A stretch of DNA of 64,000 bases from Candidatus Binataceae bacterium (GTDB lineage: Bacteria > Desulfobacterota > Binatia > Binatales > Binataceae). Shown here piece by piece: positions 28,780 to 36,971 of this stretch; the stretch's first letter is position 1, and each line of letters opens with the position of its first letter. The stretch spans positions 6,087 to 70,086 of the forward strand of contig JBEKJC010000019.1 of NCBI GenBank assembly GCA_050011435.1, written 5' to 3'. The notes below the pieces were generated by a model, which saw nothing but the letters and a program-made list of their open reading frames with translations, had not been told where the DNA came from and searched no databases. The position numbers and the translations under genes are program-made.

Positions 28780-29943
28780 CTAGTGCCCTCGGCCCGCCGT
28801 TATCATCGCGCATAATTTCTGCGCGATCAGATGACCCGCGGCCGCATGTCCCGCCTCGTTCCAATGACCAAATCCCATCGGCATGTTCTTGAAGCCGTGC
28901 AAAAAAACCCGATGCTCCTCGGCGTAGCGCTGTAGCGGCGGCGCCAGGTTCAGCACTGCGAAGCCCTCGCGCTCGCCGAGCGCCGCGATGCGCCGATCGG
29001 GATAAAAAAGGTCGCTCACCCCCAGGCGCTTTTGAAACTTCTCCCGCATCGCCGGATTGGGCCAGACCTGGATTCCGGTGTCCTCGGTAGTCGCCAGAAA
29101 CATCGCGCCGTGACGCACGCTCTCATCGCGAACCGCCGTTATCAACCCCTCCGTCACCCGCCACGCCTCTTGCCATGGACGCTGCGTCGGCGGCGAATAG
29201 ATGCTGTAATTTATCGCTTGCTCGACCGGGTGTTCCGCCGTCGGACCGCGATGGCCGCCCTTGACGATCTCCCAGGTGTTGCTGAACAGATCGAGCAGCC
29301 GCAGATCGCGATAGTCAAAACGCGCCATGCACCAGAGCTTGAAGCTCGGCGAATCGATGAACGGGCCGGTCAGCCGCATGCGGTCGCCGTCGTAAACCCA
29401 GAACGGACGGCATTGGTCAGGCTCCAGCACGACAGAGTTGTTGCGCACGTCGTTGCCGAGAAAAACCGCTAGCACCACGATATCCGGCGAGTATGCCCAT
29501 ACCTTGCGCTGCAGCGTGATCAGTTCCTGCCCCGTCCCGTAACCGTCGACGCCGAAGTTCAGCGCCTCGATGCGCTTGCCCTTGAGCCGCGGACATTCCG
29601 CGAGTTCGCGCCCGGCCACCGCGGTGAAGGTCTTGTCCTCCGCCACCTGGATCGCCTGGGTGTAAGAGTCGCCGATTACCGCGATCCGCACGACACCGGG
29701 TGGTTTCGCCTTGGCATAGTCGGGGCCACGGAAACCGTCATGATTGATCCGTACGTACGACTCGCCCTCGCGCCGGTACCAGCCGTGGGTATCGGAATTC
29801 AGGCCCCATCCGCGAAACTGGTCGTAGCAGTAGAAATATGGAAACCAGTGATTCGCGATGCGGATACCGATATCGGCGATTCCCAGCGCGACTGCGAATC
29901 CGAATACGATTAGCGCGAAGGTGCCGAGCAGTTTCCTCATCAA
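28780..29943 (-). CDS. Membrane-anchored SGNH/GDSL-family hydrolase (candidate glycan O-acetyl esterase/transferase)
   Basis: N-terminal TM LLGTFALIVFGFAVALGIADIGI. SGNH block I RIAVIGDSYTQA. Later blocks include NFGVDGYGTGQE and a C-terminal GHWNEAGH. Confidence 0.75.
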   Translation of the reverse strand: MMRKLLGTFALIVFGFAVALGIADIGIRIANHWFPYFYCYDQFRGWGLNSDTHGWYRREGESYVRINHDGFRGPDYAKAKPPGVVRIAVIGDSYTQAIQVAEDKTFTAVAGRELAECPRLKGKRIEALNFGVDGYGTGQELITLQRKVWAYSPDIVVLAVFLGNDVRNNSVVLEPDQCRPFWVYDGDRMRLTGPFIDSPSFKLWCMARFDYRDLRLLDLFSNTWEIVKGGHRGPTAEHPVEQAINYSIYSPPTQRPWQEAWRVTEGLITAVRDESVRHGAMFLATTEDTGIQVWPNPAMREKFQKRLGVSDLFYPDRRIAALGEREGFAVLNLAPPLQRYAEEHRVFLHGFKNMPMGFGHWNEAGHAAAGHLIAQKLCAMITAGRGH

Positions 29944-29996
29944 GAGCCCTTCAATGCAACTGTTGATGCAACGCCTTAGGTCGTGAATCCGCCGGC

Positions 29997-30029
29997 ACGG
30001 GGGAAAACCGCATCGCGATTTTCCCCCGT
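29997..30029. repeat. Stem-loop, 11-bp perfect stem (acgggggaaaa / ttttcccccgt), 11-nt loop
   Basis: Read directly from the sequence in the 29944-30158 intergenic region. Confidence 0.5.
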
Positions 30030-30037
30030 ACCGCGAC

Positions 30038-30089
30038 TACCTTGGTCAACCGCGCCGGCTCGAAAAGTTCGGCGCGGTTGACCAAGGTA
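30038..30089. repeat. Stem-loop, 20-bp perfect stem (taccttggtcaaccgcgccg / cggcgcggttgaccaaggta), 12-nt loop
   Basis: Read directly from the sequence. No T-tract on either side. Confidence 0.55.
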
Positions 30090-30097
30090 TGAAATAA

Positions 30098-30125
30098 CTG
30101 CGGCCGGCTTCGCAGCCGGCCGCAG
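30098..30125 (-). terminator. Likely intrinsic terminator of the LLM oxidoreductase gene
   Basis: 12-bp GC-rich stem ctgcggccggct / agccggccgcag with a 4-nt loop. It lies 33 nt downstream of the minus-strand stop and is followed on the minus strand by TTATTTCATA. Confidence 0.6.
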
Positions 30126-30158
30126 TATTATACCGATTCGATTTCGTGTCGCGCCCGC

Positions 30159-31301
30159 TTACGCCTGCAGCCGGAACGCCGCCGGTTCCGCATGATCGCC
30201 GACGCCTGCCCGCGAGACCTGCTGCTCCGCCGCCGGAACCACCTTCTTCAACTCCGGCATCACCTCGCTTGCGAAGAGCCGCAGGCTGCCTTCCGCGAGG
30301 TCGTAGGGCATCGCGCCGTAGCTGAAGACGCCGTTGAAGGCCTGCGAGCGCGTGCGCTTGTGCACGTCCATGATCTTCTCGTAACACATTTCGGGCGTGC
30401 CCCAGACCTGCAGGCCGAGAAAGAAGTCGGTCATCTTGTCGACGCCGCCGGGCGCGTTGACGTTTTCCTGCATCGCCTTGTAGGCCTCGTAGCCCTTCAT
30501 TTTCGTCAGATGGTCGCCGACCAGCTCGTAATGGCGGATGACCGATTTCCAGTAGCCGCCGATGTATTTCCGCGCCATCTCCTCGGCGCGATCCCGGTTC
30601 TCGTCGCAGTAAGTCCAGCCGCCGACGATCGGCGCAGGCGCCTCGGCGCCGTTCACCTTTTTATAGAGCGCGCCGTAGTCCGCGAGTTCCTTCACCACCA
30701 TGTCCCACGGCTTCTGCGGGATGATCAGCAGCCCGATGCCGAGCTGCGCCATGATCTGGGACGATTCCGGCGAGACCGCCGCTGCAAACGTCCGTCCCTT
30801 GAACGACTTGAACGGAGCCGGCCGCAATGCGCGCCGCGTCTGGTGGATAAACTTGCCGTTATACTCGCACACCCCGGTTTCGAGACCCTCGAGGATCATC
30901 TGCGCGGACTCAATGAACAGGTCGCGGCTCGCCTCCTGGTTCACGCCAAAACCCTCGAACTCGACCCGGCCGAGGCCGCGCCCGAGTCCCAGGATGAAGC
31001 GGCCATTCGAGTAATGATCGAGCATCACGATCTGCTCGGCCACGCGCATCGGGTTATGCCACGGCAATACCACGACCATCGAACCGAGCTGCACGCGCTC
31101 CGTGCGGCCGGCGAAGTAGGTCAGGAACTGCAGCACGTCGGGGCACATGGTGTAGTCGGTGAAATGATGCTCGACGCCCCAGATTGAATCGAAGCCGAGC
31201 GGCTCCGCGAGGTCGCCGAGCCTGAGCTCGTTGCGGTAAACGTTGCGGTCAGTGCGTCCGTCGCCCTGTCCCTGGAAAATCACTGCCATTCCGACGTGCA
31301 T
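30159..31301 (-). CDS. LLM-class (luciferase-like) flavin-dependent oxidoreductase
   Basis: MHVGMAVIFQGQGDG...LGFDSIWGVEHHFTDYTMCPD...VVVLPWHNPMRVAEQIVMLDHYSNGRFILGLGRG is a typical LLM layout. The track ORF is trimmed to the ATG at 31301, which is preceded by AGGAGAA. Confidence 0.85.
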   Translation of the reverse strand: MHVGMAVIFQGQGDGRTDRNVYRNELRLGDLAEPLGFDSIWGVEHHFTDYTMCPDVLQFLTYFAGRTERVQLGSMVVVLPWHNPMRVAEQIVMLDHYSNGRFILGLGRGLGRVEFEGFGVNQEASRDLFIESAQMILEGLETGVCEYNGKFIHQTRRALRPAPFKSFKGRTFAAAVSPESSQIMAQLGIGLLIIPQKPWDMVVKELADYGALYKKVNGAEAPAPIVGGWTYCDENRDRAEEMARKYIGGYWKSVIRHYELVGDHLTKMKGYEAYKAMQENVNAPGGVDKMTDFFLGLQVWGTPEMCYEKIMDVHKRTRSQAFNGVFSYGAMPYDLAEGSLRLFASEVMPELKKVVPAAEQQVSRAGVGDHAEPAAFRLQA

Positions 31302-31738
31302 ACTTGGTTCTCCTGCGTGCGATTTTGCGAGGCGCGCCCGCATGCTGCCGCGGTGCGCGCTCGATCCGCCCAACTATATCAGCAACTTCCTCCGCTCCGC
31401 CACGCAAAGAGCATGATTGGCTCCGGCTATTGATGCGCGCGGCTGCTCAATTCGCCCGGCCTCAATTGGCAACCCACCCGCCCCTTTCGTCATCCTGACC
31501 GTGGCGCGCGAGCGTTCAGCACCCGCCTGCACCGTCATCCTGCGCTCCGGCAGCCGTGGCTCTATGCGTTACCGCAGGCTTTGGCCGCTTACCCGAGCAA
31601 CGCGAGCGTCAATCCATGATGGGGTTTTCACAGGGCGCAGCCCGCATCTTACAAACGGGAAGTCTGAAATCTCCGCGAGGTTTCAGTGTCCGGAAAGAAA
31701 CCAAAAGTTTTGCGCTTCTCAACTAGACTCGCCACACA

Positions 31739-31993
31739 CTAGCCTTTGGGTTTCCTCGTGGACGATCGCGGAGGGGTGGTTTGCTTCGCAGGTGTGGAAC
31801 CCGCCTTCGACGAAGGCTTGGCAGGCTGCTCGTCGCTCGCGATCCCGAGCGCGACCGCCGCCTTGTGGGCCGCCTTTTTCGTCGCTTCCTCGGCCTGCTC
31901 GACGGTTAGCTCGATATCCTGGGTGACCGCGCCAAAGATGCCGCCACCTCTCAGATTTGAGTCTGCGTCGCCCTTTTTCGAACGCTTGGCCAT
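31739..31993 (-). CDS. Small basic hypothetical protein (85 aa from MAKRSKKGD)
   Basis: ORF track only. The N-terminus is Lys/Arg-rich and the tail is Pro/Ser/Thr/Lys-rich. I recognised no family, so it could be non-coding. Confidence 0.35.
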   Translation of the reverse strand: MAKRSKKGDADSNLRGGGIFGAVTQDIELTVEQAEEATKKAAHKAAVALGIASDEQPAKPSSKAGSTPAKQTTPPRSSTRKPKG

Positions 31994-32106
31994 GCGTCCA
32001 TAATGCCACAAGCCGTAGTGCGAAGAATACAATCGTGAATGAAGCTATCGCAGACCCGCTTCGCGACTACTTCATTCATTCGATTTGATAGCGTACCCCC
32101 AGCTAC

Positions 32107-32523
32107 CTAATTCCACTCGCAATTCGCTCCCTTGAGCGTCATCGTTGCCGGGTCCGTCTCGGCCTCCACCGCCGCAATCACGTGATTGAAGTGCGCGAGC
32201 TTGGAATCGTCGGTGTGATAGGTCACGGCGCCGCGATAGCGCGCCTTGTGAGCCTCGCCGGTACGAATCGCGATACCACTGCCTGAGATTTGAACCACCG
32301 CACCCGACTTCACGAGCAATACCCCCGTGTACGTCCATGTAGTCGGACGGCTGACATCCCCAGTTGTCTCCACCACGAGGGTGCCGATATGCTGTCCGGG
32401 AATCTCACCGCTCCCCTCGCCCGCGAAGTCCACTTCCAGCCGCCGCCGATCGCCACCAACGTTAGTCTGTCTCACCGACATCGCCTTGAGCACGTATTCT
32501 CCGAGCACCTTTCCAAGAGCCAT
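32107..32523 (-). CDS. Hypothetical protein, 138 aa, predicted beta-rich
   Basis: ORF track. The composition looks protein-like (not Arg/Pro-skewed), and AGGAGAAATCT precedes the ATG on the minus strand. No family recognised. Confidence 0.55.
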   Translation of the reverse strand: MALGKVLGEYVLKAMSVRQTNVGGDRRRLEVDFAGEGSGEIPGQHIGTLVVETTGDVSRPTTWTYTGVLLVKSGAVVQISGSGIAIRTGEAHKARYRGAVTYHTDDSKLAHFNHVIAAVEAETDPATMTLKGANCEWN

Positions 32524-32760
32524 AGATTTCTCCTGTTTTGGCCGGCGTGGATGCTAATCCACCGGGTTGTGGGTCCTGCGCGGAGCGGGTCTGATCTGCC
32601 TTCTAACCCGATAAGCTAAAATAGATCAAATGCCGTAGCTCGAAATGGCCCGAATAAGGCGACAAATATTAGTAATGTCACCAACGCGAAATACCTCGGA
32701 CACACGGACCCTCCCGGGCGCGCAAAGTGCCGTCGAAATCAGCATGAGCGGCGCGGTATA

Positions 32761-33453
32761 TCAATGAGACGCGGGAGGCTGCGGCGCGATTCCGGAGCCA
32801 GTGCCACCGGATCCCATCGCAGTGCCTGTACTGGCGTTCGGTGCGAGGTTGTTGGCGCCCGCCTGGCGATGCTGGTCCGATTCGTATAGATAGACGCCCG
32901 CCGCCACGGCAAGGAATCCGACGACGACTATCGCCCCGGTCCATCCGCGGCGTCGGCGCGGTTCGGCGAATAGCGGTTGATCGAGTCGCGCGGGCGGAAT
33001 GCTGTCGGCGCGTTGAACTTCGCGCACGAAGCGCATCGCGACATCTTCCTGATCGAGATCGAGGAAGCTGGCGTAGCGGCGCAGGAAGGGGACGAGATAG
33101 AGCTGGTCGGAAATCTCCGAGTAATCGTTGGTTTCCATCATGCGCAGGTAATGCGCCGGCAATCGCGTCTCCGCGACCACCTCCGCCGCGGCGAGTCCGC
33201 GGCGCTCCCGTGCCGCAATCAGAAATGCGCCCAGACTTTGCTCTGGGTCGCCGGCGGCCGGCGCTTTTTCGCTGGAGCTTTTTTCCGTGACGGCTTTGGC
33301 CGCCCCGCCATTGGAACGGCTGGCGCTTGCAGCCGCCGGCGACGACTCTTCCGCCGCCGCCTTGGACTTCGATTCACCGTCCGCGCGTACGACGCTCGAC
33401 GGTCCAGGTTGAGCCTCCGGCGTCCCCGCCGCTTCCGATTTCTTTTCGTTCAC
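32761..33453 (-). CDS. RodZ-like helix-turn-helix membrane protein
   Basis: SLGAFLIAARERRGLAAAEVVAETRLPAHYLRMMETNDY...YLVPFLRRYASFLDLD matches the HTH_25/RodZ-type N-terminal module. A single TM follows (WTGAIVVVGFLAVAAGVYLY). Confidence 0.7.
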   Translation of the reverse strand: MNEKKSEAAGTPEAQPGPSSVVRADGESKSKAAAEESSPAAASASRSNGGAAKAVTEKSSSEKAPAAGDPEQSLGAFLIAARERRGLAAAEVVAETRLPAHYLRMMETNDYSEISDQLYLVPFLRRYASFLDLDQEDVAMRFVREVQRADSIPPARLDQPLFAEPRRRRGWTGAIVVVGFLAVAAGVYLYESDQHRQAGANNLAPNASTGTAMGSGGTGSGIAPQPPASH

Positions 33454-33584
33454 CGGTTTGGATTCCTCGAGTTTCGCTCAACGCTATGTTTCGGACGTCA
33501 CGGTGATGCCGGACAGGTAAGCCCCGGCGCGCGGCCACGCCCCGGGTTGCAAGCAAGGAAAGCTTTCACCGCAAATAAAAGGTG

Positions 33585-33608
33585 GCAATGTTTCACGTGA
33601 AACATTGC
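33585..33608. promoter_or_regulatory. 24-bp perfect palindrome GCAATGTTTCAC|GTGAAACATTGC in the divergent rodZ-like / arnC intergenic region
   Basis: Read directly from the sequence. It is AT-rich in a GC-rich genome. On the minus strand it is followed by CACCTTTTATTTGCGG. It is either an operator or a minus-strand terminator/attenuator. Confidence 0.4.
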
Positions 33609-33891
33609 GCAGGCTCGTGGCCTCATCGAACCGGCGCTCGCCGAAATGTGCCCGCGCATCATTGGAGTGTCGCACTAAAGCTATAGGTGACCGTGAGGCA
33701 ATCCAAGTCCCTGCGATGCGCCATCTTGCGCCTCAGCGCTCGTAGCGCTGCGAATCAACGGGACGCGTGCGCTAGACCGTGACGGTCGCGCTGGTCTCGC
33801 GGCGATGGCGAGTCGAGCGCGCGCAAGCGGTTGCAGGTCGGCTTTAACTGGCGCGACGTGTTTGACAGAATGGCACAGCGGACCGCCGGGA

Positions 33892-34968
33892 ATGTTGTTT
33901 CTAGCCGCCGGCCCCGTCACAATTGAGTATTCCTGCTGCTTGGGCAGCGACTTCGTGAGCAACTTGAGCAAAACTGCACCGATTCGCGATGCCGTGCCGT
34001 CGTCGGGCGGACTCATCTCGATCGTGATTCCGGTTTACAACGAATCGGCAAATCTGCGCGCGCTGTGGACGCGGCTGAATCCGGTCGTGAACGGACTCGG
34101 CCGCGCCTGCGAAGTGATCTTCGTCGACGACGGTTCGCGTGATGATTCGCTCGACCTCCTGCGCGGATTCGCAGCCGACGACGCCCGCATACGCGTGGTC
34201 GAACTGGCGCGCAACTTCGGACAGCATTCGGCGCTGCTCGCTGGCTTTCGCAATTGCCGCGGCGAGATCGTCGTCACGCTCGACGCCGACCTGCAGAATC
34301 CACCTGAGGAAATTCCCAAGCTGATCGACGCGATCGAGGCCGGCAACGATGTCGTCGGCGGATGGCGCGAGGAACGCCAGGATCGCGCCTACCGGCGAAT
34401 GGCGTCGCGTCTCCAAAACCGGCTGACCTCAGTGATCGTGGGCGTGCCGATGCACGACTACGGGTGCATGCTGCGCGCCTATCGCCGCCATATCATCGAT
34501 ACGGTGGTTGAATGCGATGAGAAGGCGGCTTTTGTGCCGGCGCTGGCAAATACCTTTGCCAAGCGCGTCGCGGAAATTCCGGTCGGCCACGCCGAGCGCA
34601 CCGGCGGCGAATCAAAATATAATCTGTTCAGCCTCGCCCATCTGAGCCTCAACCTCATCACCGGCTTTTCGCTGCTGCCGATGCGCGTGCTGAGCCTCAC
34701 CGGTATCGGTATCTTCCTGCTCGACGCGATTTTCGCGGCCGTTCTGCTCGGCCACCGGTTGATCTACGGACCGCAGCAGGAAGGCGCGCTGTGGACGCTG
34801 TTCGCGATCCTGTTCTTTTTCGTCGGGCTGATGTTTCTCGCGTTCGGGCTGATCGGTGAATACGTCGGACGAATCTATATCGAGGTGCGCCGGCGGCCGA
34901 CCTATATCGTGCGCGCGGTGCATGGCGAGAGCGCGGCCGACAATCCTGGCCATCCGCCGCCCCGGTGA
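33892..34968 (+). CDS. arnC: Undecaprenyl-phosphate 4-deoxy-4-formamido-L-arabinose transferase (ArnC-type GT2)
   Basis: Colinear with remembered E. coli ArnC: ISIVIPVYNE, ARNFGQHSALLAGF, VTLDADLQNPPEEIPKL, DYGCMLRAYRRHI, GESKY, GEYVGRIY. The start is uncertain (ATG 33892, GTG 33955 or TTG 33964). Confidence 0.9.
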   Translation: MLFLAAGPVTIEYSCCLGSDFVSNLSKTAPIRDAVPSSGGLISIVIPVYNESANLRALWTRLNPVVNGLGRACEVIFVDDGSRDDSLDLLRGFAADDARIRVVELARNFGQHSALLAGFRNCRGEIVVTLDADLQNPPEEIPKLIDAIEAGNDVVGGWREERQDRAYRRMASRLQNRLTSVIVGVPMHDYGCMLRAYRRHIIDTVVECDEKAAFVPALANTFAKRVAEIPVGHAERTGGESKYNLFSLAHLSLNLITGFSLLPMRVLSLTGIGIFLLDAIFAAVLLGHRLIYGPQQEGALWTLFAILFFFVGLMFLAFGLIGEYVGRIYIEVRRRPTYIVRAVHGESAADNPGHPPPR

Positions 34969-35975
34969 TGGACGCCAGCGGGACGGTATCGCGGGCCGCA
35001 ACCGAGGCTCTCCGCGGCGCGCGTTGCGTGCTCTTCGCGTACCACGAGATGGGCCACGCGTGCCTGGAGGCGTTGCTCGCGCTGGGCGCCCCGGTGGTCG
35101 CGCTGTTCAGCCATCGCGACGCGCCCGACGAGGAAATCTGGTGGCGGTCATGCGCCGATCTGGCGCGTGCCAATTCGATTCCGATTTATTTTCCCGAAAG
35201 GATCGGCGCCGATGAAATCGCTCAGGTTGCGGCACTCCGCCCCGCGATTATTTATTCGTTTTACTATCGAAACCTGCTGCCGGCAAAGTTGATCGCGTTG
35301 TCGCCATTGGGCGCGTATAACCTGCACGGTTCGCTGCTGCCGAAATATCGCGGGCGCGCGCCGGTCAATTGGATGCTGGCCAACGGTGAACGCGAGGCCG
35401 GCGCCACTCTGCATCACATGGTCGCGCGCGCGGACGCCGGCGATATCGTCGCGCAACGTGCCCTCGAGATATCCGACGACGACACGGCGCTCACGCTCTA
35501 TCGCAAGATCGTGCCGATCGGCGCCGATTTGATTCGCCGGTACCATCCGCTGATCGCGTCGGGAACGGCGCCGCGCCGCACGCAGGATTTGACGCAGGGC
35601 AGCTACTTCGGCCGCCGCCGACCCGAAGATGGCCGCATCGATTGGAACTGGCCGGCGCGGCGCATTTTCAATCTGGTGCGCGCCGTCACGCATCCGTATC
35701 CGGGAGCGTTCGGCTTTCTGAACGGACGCAAGGTGTACGTTTGGGTGGCGAAAATCGCCACGGAGACGGGAACGCGCGGGGCCGCTGGGGAAGTCATTGC
35801 CGAGCGCGCTGACGATGCAATCGAAGTCGCGGCAGGCGCGGGCAGTGTGATTATCAGCCGCGTACAAATTGAGAATGGCGCAGAGGGAATTCCGCGGGAG
35901 ATGCTCAAATCGATTCCCGCAGATGACGGATCGGTGGCGCGCGCGGCCACGGCGCGTATGATCAGGTTCGACTAA
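34968..35975 (+). CDS. Stand-alone formyltransferase equivalent to the ArnA N-terminal domain (UDP-Ara4N formyltransferase-like)
   Basis: VLFAYHEMGHACLEALL, YNLHGSLLPKYRGRAPVNWMLANGEREAGATLHHMVARADAGDIVAQ and LVRAVTHPYPGAF match the ArnA/Fmt formyltransferase fold. The start overlaps the arnC stop as TGATG. Confidence 0.85.
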   Translation: MDASGTVSRAATEALRGARCVLFAYHEMGHACLEALLALGAPVVALFSHRDAPDEEIWWRSCADLARANSIPIYFPERIGADEIAQVAALRPAIIYSFYYRNLLPAKLIALSPLGAYNLHGSLLPKYRGRAPVNWMLANGEREAGATLHHMVARADAGDIVAQRALEISDDDTALTLYRKIVPIGADLIRRYHPLIASGTAPRRTQDLTQGSYFGRRRPEDGRIDWNWPARRIFNLVRAVTHPYPGAFGFLNGRKVYVWVAKIATETGTRGAAGEVIAERADDAIEVAAGAGSVIISRVQIENGAEGIPREMLKSIPADDGSVARAATARMIRFD

Positions 35976-35986
35976 ACGGAGGTCAC

Positions 35987-36952
35987 ATGCGGGTTCTGAT
36001 TACGGGCGGCGCAGGCTTTCTCGGCTCGCACCTGTCCGATACGTTTATCGCGCGCGGCGACGAAGTCTTCGTGCTCGACACCGGCTCCATCGTCAAGGTG
36101 CGCCAGCTGCTCAACGAGCCGCGCTTCCATTACATCCACGACTCGATCTTCAACGTGGAACTGATCGACGGGTTGGTCGCGAAGGTCGATTTGATTTACC
36201 ACTTGGCCGCGGTCGTCGGCGTCGAGTATTACGTCGGCGATCCCTACGAGACGCTCAACGTCAACGTCAACGGCACGCAGAACGTGCTGAAGGCGGCCTA
36301 TAAATACAACAAGAAGGTCGTTTTCAGTTCGACCTCCGAAGTTTACGGACGCAATCCCAAGGTCCCGTGGAAGGAGGACGACGATCGCGTGCTCGGCGCC
36401 ACCACCATCGATCGCTGGTGCTACTCGACCTCCAAGGCGGTCGGCGAACATTTCTGCTTCGCTTATCACAAGCTCGGGATGCCGGTGACGGTCGTGCGCT
36501 TTTTCAACATTTACGGCCCGCGGCTCGACCGGGTCGATGTTGGGCGCCTCTTCACGATTTTCATGGGGCAGTTGCTGCGCGGCGCCGACTTGACGGTAAT
36601 CGGTGACGGTTCGCAGACTCGATGCTTCACTTACGTGACCGACGCGGTTGAGGCGACCGTGCAGGCGGGACTGAATCCGAAAGCCGACGGCCAGGCGATC
36701 AATATCGGGGTTGACGTGGAAACCTCGGTGCTCGAATTCGCCAAGCTGATGCTCGAGCTCTACGGCCCGACTAAATCGAAAATCAAGTTCGTCTCGCAGG
36801 AAGAGGTTTACGGCAAGAGCTACGAGGACATTCCGCGGCGCGTGCCGGACAATACCAAGATGCGCCAGTTGCTCGGAGTCGAGCCCAGGATTTCACTGCG
36901 CGAAGGCACCCGCATGTCGATGGAGTGGTTCCGCAAGGAAGCGCAATCGTAG
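35987..36952 (+). CDS. Stand-alone SDR epimerase/dehydratase equivalent to the ArnA C-terminal domain (UDP-glucuronate decarboxylase-like)
   Basis: MRVLITGGAGFLGSHL Rossmann motif, FSSTSEVYG, and the catalytic YSTSK in RWCYSTSKAVGEH. It is colinear with remembered ArnA residues about 315-660. Confidence 0.85.
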   Translation: MRVLITGGAGFLGSHLSDTFIARGDEVFVLDTGSIVKVRQLLNEPRFHYIHDSIFNVELIDGLVAKVDLIYHLAAVVGVEYYVGDPYETLNVNVNGTQNVLKAAYKYNKKVVFSSTSEVYGRNPKVPWKEDDDRVLGATTIDRWCYSTSKAVGEHFCFAYHKLGMPVTVVRFFNIYGPRLDRVDVGRLFTIFMGQLLRGADLTVIGDGSQTRCFTYVTDAVEATVQAGLNPKADGQAINIGVDVETSVLEFAKLMLELYGPTKSKIKFVSQEEVYGKSYEDIPRRVPDNTKMRQLLGVEPRISLREGTRMSMEWFRKEAQS

Positions 36953-36971
36953 TTTCTGAATCACCGGATCG

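Noticed and set aside
33681-34016. The minus-strand 111-aa ORF and the plus-strand ORFs within the rodZ-like / arnC intergenic region. Also 31417-31926(+) and 18485-18856(-).
   Set aside because: They have low-complexity Ala/Arg/Pro/Ser-rich translations, no SD sequence and no family motif. They overlap probable promoter regions or the 5-prime ends of real genes.
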